The translations under genes were made by a program, and so were the position numbers. A stretch of 12,937 nt of DNA. Source: Pseudobacteriovorax sp. Lineage in GTDB: Bacteria > Bdellovibrionota_B > Oligoflexia > Oligoflexales > Oligoflexaceae. The notes under the pieces were generated by a model. The model saw only the letters and a program-made list of their open reading frames with translations. It ran no database searches and was not told the DNA's origin. Below, in pieces: positions 9,240-12,937 of this stretch. Position 1 is the first letter of the stretch, and every line of letters starts with the position of its first letter. The DNA lies in the NCBI GenBank assembly GCA_050293845.1, contig JBNKNM010000161.1, positions 1 to 12,937 of the forward strand, given 5' to 3'.

Positions 9240-9276
9240 ATCTATAGTAGCAGAGATCGCCCCCAAATAGGTATAG

Positions 9277-9396
9277 GCAGAATCCTACAAATGTCAGATT
9301 GTGAGCGAAATAGAGAAAGATATTGAAGCTATCAGAATCGAGACTTTACGCAAATCTTGCTTCGTCATCGGTACTAATCAATGTGAAAATGGATAG
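9277..9396 (+). pseudogene. Possible short IS1634-like transposase fragment
   Basis: AESYKCQIVSEIEKDIEAIRIETLRKSCFVIGTNQ resembles the segment leading to the F(V/I)(L/I)xTN motif of IS1634-family transposases. It is only about 39 aa, so support is weak. Confidence 0.35.
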
Positions 9397-9447
9397 AGTT
9401 TCGCATGTGCAATCGCTCCGTTAAGAGAAATCAGAGTACCGAGAAAT

Positions 9448-9718
9448 AAAGCTGAACTGCTCATTATCGACGATCTTGGTATAAAGCCACTACCCCCTCC
9501 CTCTGAAACCATTCAAGTCCTTTACGACATTATGGAAGAGCGTTATGCACAAAACCCTCGATTTTTACAAGCTACCTCTGGAAAACTGGCGTGAAGTTAT
9601 TGCCGATGAGGTGGCCTACGATGCGATTATGGATCGACTTGTTTATTCAGCTAAGAAACTCAAATTGAGAGGAAAGTCTTTACAGAAAAAACAAGGAGCA
9701 GCTAGACATAAGCCATAA
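9448..9718 (+). pseudogene. istB: IS21-family helper ATPase IstB, C-terminal remnant
   Basis: Not in the ORF track. KAELLIIDDLG (Walker B)...VLYDIMEERY, a frameshift near 9560-9572, then LPLENWREVIADEVAYDAIMDRLVYSAKKLKLRGKSLQKK, stop at 9716-9718. No intact Walker A and no istA. Confidence 0.9.
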
Positions 9719-9738
9719 TATTTACCTTAGGCCTCGAT

Positions 9739-10335
9739 CTCACAGCGCTAGATCGCTACTTTAGACGAGGTTTTAACTATGGACAATGCGTCTATCTAAG
9801 ATATGCCGATGATATTTGTGTGCTCTGCAAACCACAATGGGCTCAATCAGCCCGATCCCATCTTAAAAGAGGCCTCGGTTGGTTGAAGCTGGATTACAAT
9901 CGAGCCAAGAGTCGTATCCTAAATCTAAATCGAGCAGGTGCCCGGTTGACAATCTTAGGCTACGAACTCATCCGCTATCGAGACGGTCAATTAGTCACGC
10001 GACCTTCTAAGAAAGCGCTCAGATCTGTTAGGAGTAAAATCCGTGAACTTATCAATCGGCGTTCTCCAAGAAGGATAGAAGACATTGTAAAAGGAGTCAA
10101 TCTAGTGCTAAATGGATGGACGAGATACTTTGCGCTAGCAAAGATTCACCATCCATTTATTTGCCTTTCAACCTTCGTCTTTCTTAGGCTACGCAAGCTC
10201 CTATTAAAAAGGGCCAAATGTCGAAGCTGGAGGAGACGAAAATTTAATTTTAAATGGATCGCTCGGAATCTTGGTCTGAAAAGCCCCTACCTGACTTGGG
10301 TAGAATGTCGCCAGAGACTGAATGCCTTTGGGTGA
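9739..10335 (+). pseudogene. Group II intron reverse transcriptase/maturase, C-terminal fragment
   Basis: The frame of ORF 9820-10335 is open upstream: LTALDRYF...YLRYADDICVL (YADD at 9802-9813), KSRI, ILGYEL, PSKKA, and the X/thumb domain VNLVLNGWTRYF. No HNH endonuclease domain and no PQG motif remain. Confidence 0.92.
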
Positions 10336-10347
10336 AGCATGCTGTGA

Positions 10348-10434
10348 TAGCCGTATGCAGGAAATCTGCTTGTACGGTTAGGTGGGCACTCAAGGGAAAC
10401 ACGGGTCGTGCCGTGCGCCCTTGTTTGACCCTAT
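10348..10434 (+). ncRNA. Group II intron ribozyme domains V and VI
   Basis: DV at 10348-10380 is TAGCCGTATGCAGGAAATCTGCTTGTACGGTTA, with the AGC triad, a GAAA-containing loop and a 2-nt bulge. DVI at about 10382-10434 has a CAAGGG/CCCTTG stem, a candidate bulged A at 10428 and an AT 3' end. Confidence 0.9.
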
Positions 10435-10576
10435 TCATGGAATCCAGGTTGATGAATGCGAACTTACTTGGCGGTCGTTGTTACTGGACCTTGGGAATGT
10501 GACTTTAGTCAATATTAAGATTGAGAGTATTGAGCTTAATGATGTACTGTGCTTAGTTCGGGAAGTGGGGTATGAT

Positions 10577-10603
10577 CCTAACGGGATTAAGATGCCCGTT
10601 AGG
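10577..10603 (-). terminator. Hairpin just downstream of the 10613-11679 operon
   Basis: Perfect 9-bp stem CCTAACGGG/CCCGTTAGG, 9 nt after the stop at 10613. No clear U tract. Confidence 0.45.
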
Positions 10604-10612
10604 CTGTGGATA

Positions 10613-10918
10613 TTAGAAGTCTGATACTTTTGTATAAGTTCCATCTATACCGAAATTATTAAGACTATATTTACTATCAGCCGGATCTTGAACGATTGAA
10701 TCAAGTTCATCCCTTGATATCAATAAGATCGCATCAGCCGTTGTCTCAAATGCTTTGTGGTCTAGAGCGTTAGTCGAATTGTTAACGAGTAAAATTTCGT
10801 TTCCAGAGCTATTTTGAAGCAGAACAAGTTGACTAAAAACTCCACCACCCTCGTTTCCCGCTAACGCACCAAATGAAAAAGTAATAATACTAATGCAAGA
10901 TATCAATGCCCTAATCAT
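10613..10918 (-). CDS. Small secreted hypothetical protein (101 aa)
   Basis: Sec-type signal MIRALISCISIITFSFGALA with an A-L-A cleavage site. The mature protein begins GNEGGG. Its ATG overlaps the upstream TGA (ATGA at 10915-10918). Confidence 0.75.
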   Translation of the reverse strand: MIRALISCISIITFSFGALAGNEGGGVFSQLVLLQNSSGNEILLVNNSTNALDHKAFETTADAILLISRDELDSIVQDPADSKYSLNNFGIDGTYTKVSDF

Positions 10919-11679
10919 TTACTTTTCTCCTGAGATACAAGAATAGTCTTTCTAGTATTTTTGTCTAAACCAAGTGTTGTTATGAAAGCATTACAAGAAA
11001 TAGTTATCCCATCTGCTCTAGAATGCTTTTCTTTAATTTCGTAAAAACGCTTTCGAATAAAAGATCCAAGCTCCAGGAATTCTCTTACTCCCTCAACAGA
11101 AAAAGAATCATCACCCCCAAAAGCTGTAGTTAAAGTATCTTCATCAAGGGATGTGTCGATTTTTACTCCTAATTTTACCCGAATAATATCTAGGATCATG
11201 CTTGGGTCTGAGTTATCGAAATGTGAGAAATATCTTCCGTCTTTGATGTGAATTATTTCCCTGTCTTCCATCATTTTAATCAGATTTATTCTGTGAGGCA
11301 ATAAACTATGTAATTTTTGGATAGAAATACCATGGTCACTGCCAGTGTACATTAATATTTCTAGAGTCTTAGGTTTTAGAAGATCGTCTTTGGAAGGGTA
11401 AACAACCCCGGATTTGACATCGAAATGGTCGATAAAACTAGCCATATTTTGGAAAATCGGGGAGTAATCCCTAAACTTCAGAACAAATTCATTTCTGCTT
11501 TGTAAGCCAGAAAGACCATGTACTATCAAGATCAGTTTGTCATGATAACCTGTCTCTTTTCCTTCAATGATGTCTACGAGAGTATTCCTCGCTGTCCCAG
11601 CGGAGGTAACAGTTTGTGACCAAGTGTGATCTTCTCTGTACTTGAGGATAATATCTTTAACAAAAGCATACGGTGACAA
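10915..11679 (-). CDS. Hypothetical protein (about 254 aa) with a probable N-terminal Cro/XRE-like HTH; putative regulator
   Basis: Long open frame in AT-rich DNA. I place the start at TTG 11679 rather than 11733 because GAGGAG lies 7 nt upstream. TWSQTVTSAGTARNTLVDIIEGKE has an HTH-like pattern. The HTH call is pattern recognition only. Confidence 0.65.
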   Translation of the reverse strand: MSPYAFVKDIILKYREDHTWSQTVTSAGTARNTLVDIIEGKETGYHDKLILIVHGLSGLQSRNEFVLKFRDYSPIFQNMASFIDHFDVKSGVVYPSKDDLLKPKTLEILMYTGSDHGISIQKLHSLLPHRINLIKMMEDREIIHIKDGRYFSHFDNSDPSMILDIIRVKLGVKIDTSLDEDTLTTAFGGDDSFSVEGVREFLELGSFIRKRFYEIKEKHSRADGITISCNAFITTLGLDKNTRKTILVSQEKSK

Positions 11680-11715
11680 TGCTAGTCTCCTCAAAAAAAA
11701 CCATAAAAAAACATT

Positions 11716-11846
11716 TGTCATTGCAGGGACCAAACTGACACTTAGAGACTATTTTTTCAAGTTTTTTGTGTCAAAGTCTATATAACTTTAACAGTCATAA
11801 GGGGTGATAATGACGTGTAAGTCATAAGTGCTAGTATTGACGTTGA
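11716..11846. promoter_or_regulatory. Array of GTCA...TGAC palindromes (putative operators), including a 27-bp tandem repeat
   Basis: GTCA-N15-TGAC (11717-11739); TGTCAAAGT-N7-ACTTTAACA (11769-11793, arms match 8/9); GTCA-N13-TGAC (11794-11814 and 11821-11841). Units 11793-11819 and 11820-11846 match at 20/27. Confidence 0.55.
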
Positions 11847-12124
11847 AATTAATCTTAACGTATGGTTTGCACATTGCCATTTGTTAGTAGATTTCTTTCT
11901 CAAAAGCTAAGCTTTACGGCAGTAATGGAGAGTTAGAAGTGAAACTAGAGACGCCAAAGGCTCAAGGAGGCCAATTACGATATAAAGACATAACCAACAC
12001 TCCTTCGGTGGATACGCAACCTATACGTAGGCACCCGATTCAATGTTCTTAGCCTACTTCGAATCTACCCGCAAGGAAAGATAAAAAAAGAAATAGCTTG
12101 GAAATCATGATCACCAAGAAATGA
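11843..12124 (+). pseudogene. Possible decayed small exported-protein gene
   Basis: A single frame from TTG 11843 to TGA 12124 reads MKLILTYGLHIAIC**ISFSKAKLYGSNGELEVKLETPK...CS*...MITKK*, with three internal stops. No family recognised. Confidence 0.2.
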
Positions 12125-12153
12125 TGTGCTGCTCATGATGACATAAAGGCAAA

Positions 12154-12441
12154 CTAATCATAGTAAATAACGTCTTTAAGATCTCTGAGGCCATGGATGC
12201 ACTTGTTGAAAGCTGCTATTCTTTTGTCGTGGTTTCTATCAAGTGGCAATTCTACTGGATCAGTCTGAAGGACTCGTGCGAGTTCCATCAGCATTTGCTT
12301 GTTGATGGCGGGATATCTTCCTAAGTGCTGATACTGCTGTAGTTGTATTCCAAGTCTGGTAGCGTCTTCAGTTTGCGTCATCATGTGATATTTGCGCCTG
12401 AGTTTTGTGTTCTTAGCAATTTCAGTTACGTGATTTTTCAC
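12154..12441 (-). CDS. XRE-family helix-turn-helix transcriptional regulator (possibly decaying)
   Basis: IAKNTKLRRKYHMMTQTEDATRLGIQLQQYQHLG...MLMELARVLQTDPVEL follows the XRE pattern (I..NI+..R....TQ.ELA..LG...Q....E.....L..LA..L). Several core positions are atypical. GTG start. Confidence 0.75.
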   Translation of the reverse strand: MKNHVTEIAKNTKLRRKYHMMTQTEDATRLGIQLQQYQHLGRYPAINKQMLMELARVLQTDPVELPLDRNHDKRIAAFNKCIHGLRDLKDVIYYD

Positions 12442-12577
12442 ACTTTAAACCCAAGCGGGGTTTAGAAATAGGTCGGTTATTGCCTACTTTTTACTGTAGT
12501 GCAGCGTCCTTTTAATGATGCGCTCGTTACTAATCGGAGAAAAGGATTTTACGTTTTTGAGTAATGGAGAAGATAAT

Positions 12578-12937
12578 ATGTACATCACTGAACCAAGGAA
12601 TATTTCTTGGAAGTCTCAAGCTTCCACGCAAGTGAAAGTTCCATATCCTCAAAAAGCTAGCCATTCGCTTCGAATTGAGAAAAATTTTTCTTCACTCGTA
12701 AAGGCTTATTCTATTCAGTTGAATGAAAGTGCTACTTATGAAGTGAATATTGTTTCGCAAGAAGATACAGGTTCAGTACATTTCGAATACTCTTTTCCGC
12801 TACTTCTTGAACTTGTAGAGAACTGTAATATCGAGCAACGCGCTACCATTGCTAAACTATTTTTTTTAGAAGAAAAGTCAATAGAGGAAATATGCAAGTT
12901 TCTCAAGCTTGAACAAACCACTGTTTTATCAAATCTA
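12578..12937 (+). CDS. Partial ORF with a C-terminal sigma-70 region-4-like HTH (runs off the window)
   Basis: GGAG RBS, ATG at 12578, and 120 open codons to the window end. QRATIAKLFFLEEKSIEEICKFLKLEQTTVLSNL fits the sigma region 4 pattern (R....L.+.EG.S..EIA..L......V.S.L). It is absent from the ORF track because it has no stop in the window. Confidence 0.65.
   Translation, partial: MYITEPRNISWKSQASTQVKVPYPQKASHSLRIEKNFSSLVKAYSIQLNESATYEVNIVSQEDTGSVHFEYSFPLLLELVENCNIEQRATIAKLFFLEEKSIEEICKFLKLEQTTVLSNL

Larger units (their letters stand above)
9739..10434 (+). mobile_element. 5'-truncated group II intron (IIB-like, endonuclease-less)
   Basis: RT/maturase 3' half followed directly by domain V, domain VI and the 3' terminus ACCCTAT. 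Domains I-III and the N-terminal RT blocks are absent. Confidence 0.9.

Noticed and set aside
9739..10335. RT as part of a retron, DGR, CRISPR-RT or anti-phage RT system
   Set aside because: The maturase X domain followed directly by DV/DVI identifies a group II intron. I saw no template/variable repeat pair, msr-msd or cas genes.
11680..11733. ORF-track N-terminal extension MVPAMTNVFLWFFLRRLA as a membrane anchor
   Set aside because: It comes from T-rich leader DNA that contains the GAGGAG RBS for the TTG at 11679 and overlaps a palindrome.
11793..11846. 27-bp tandem repeat as a mini CRISPR array
   Set aside because: Only two adjacent imperfect units, with no spacers and no cas genes.

Overview
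An AT-rich (about 35-42% GC by eye) accessory region that is mostly decayed mobile DNA around a few intact genes. From left to right it holds: a probable IS1380-like left end at the window edge; an intact KpsF/GutQ arabinose-5-phosphate isomerase (minus strand); a divergent kpsM-kpsT capsule ABC-exporter pair with multiple frameshifts, which the ORF track misses; a deleted and frameshifted IS1380-family transposase; an ISAs1-family transposase 5' remnant; an intact, GC-rich (about 55% by eye) 1311-aa secreted GH92 alpha-mannosidase with two F5/8-type (discoidin-like) modules; an IS21 istB 3' remnant; the 3' half of a group II intron (YADD, maturase X domain, ribozyme domains V and VI); a translationally coupled pair of an HTH-like protein and a small secreted protein, preceded by an array of GTCA-N13/15-TGAC palindromes; an XRE regulator; and a divergent sigma-70 region-4-like ORF that runs off the window. 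I cannot show a new biological system from this sequence alone. The best candidates are the operator array/HTH/secreted-protein module (10577-11846) and the apparently imported, retained GH92 next to a lost capsule exporter. Family calls rest on recognising motifs by eye, not on database searches.
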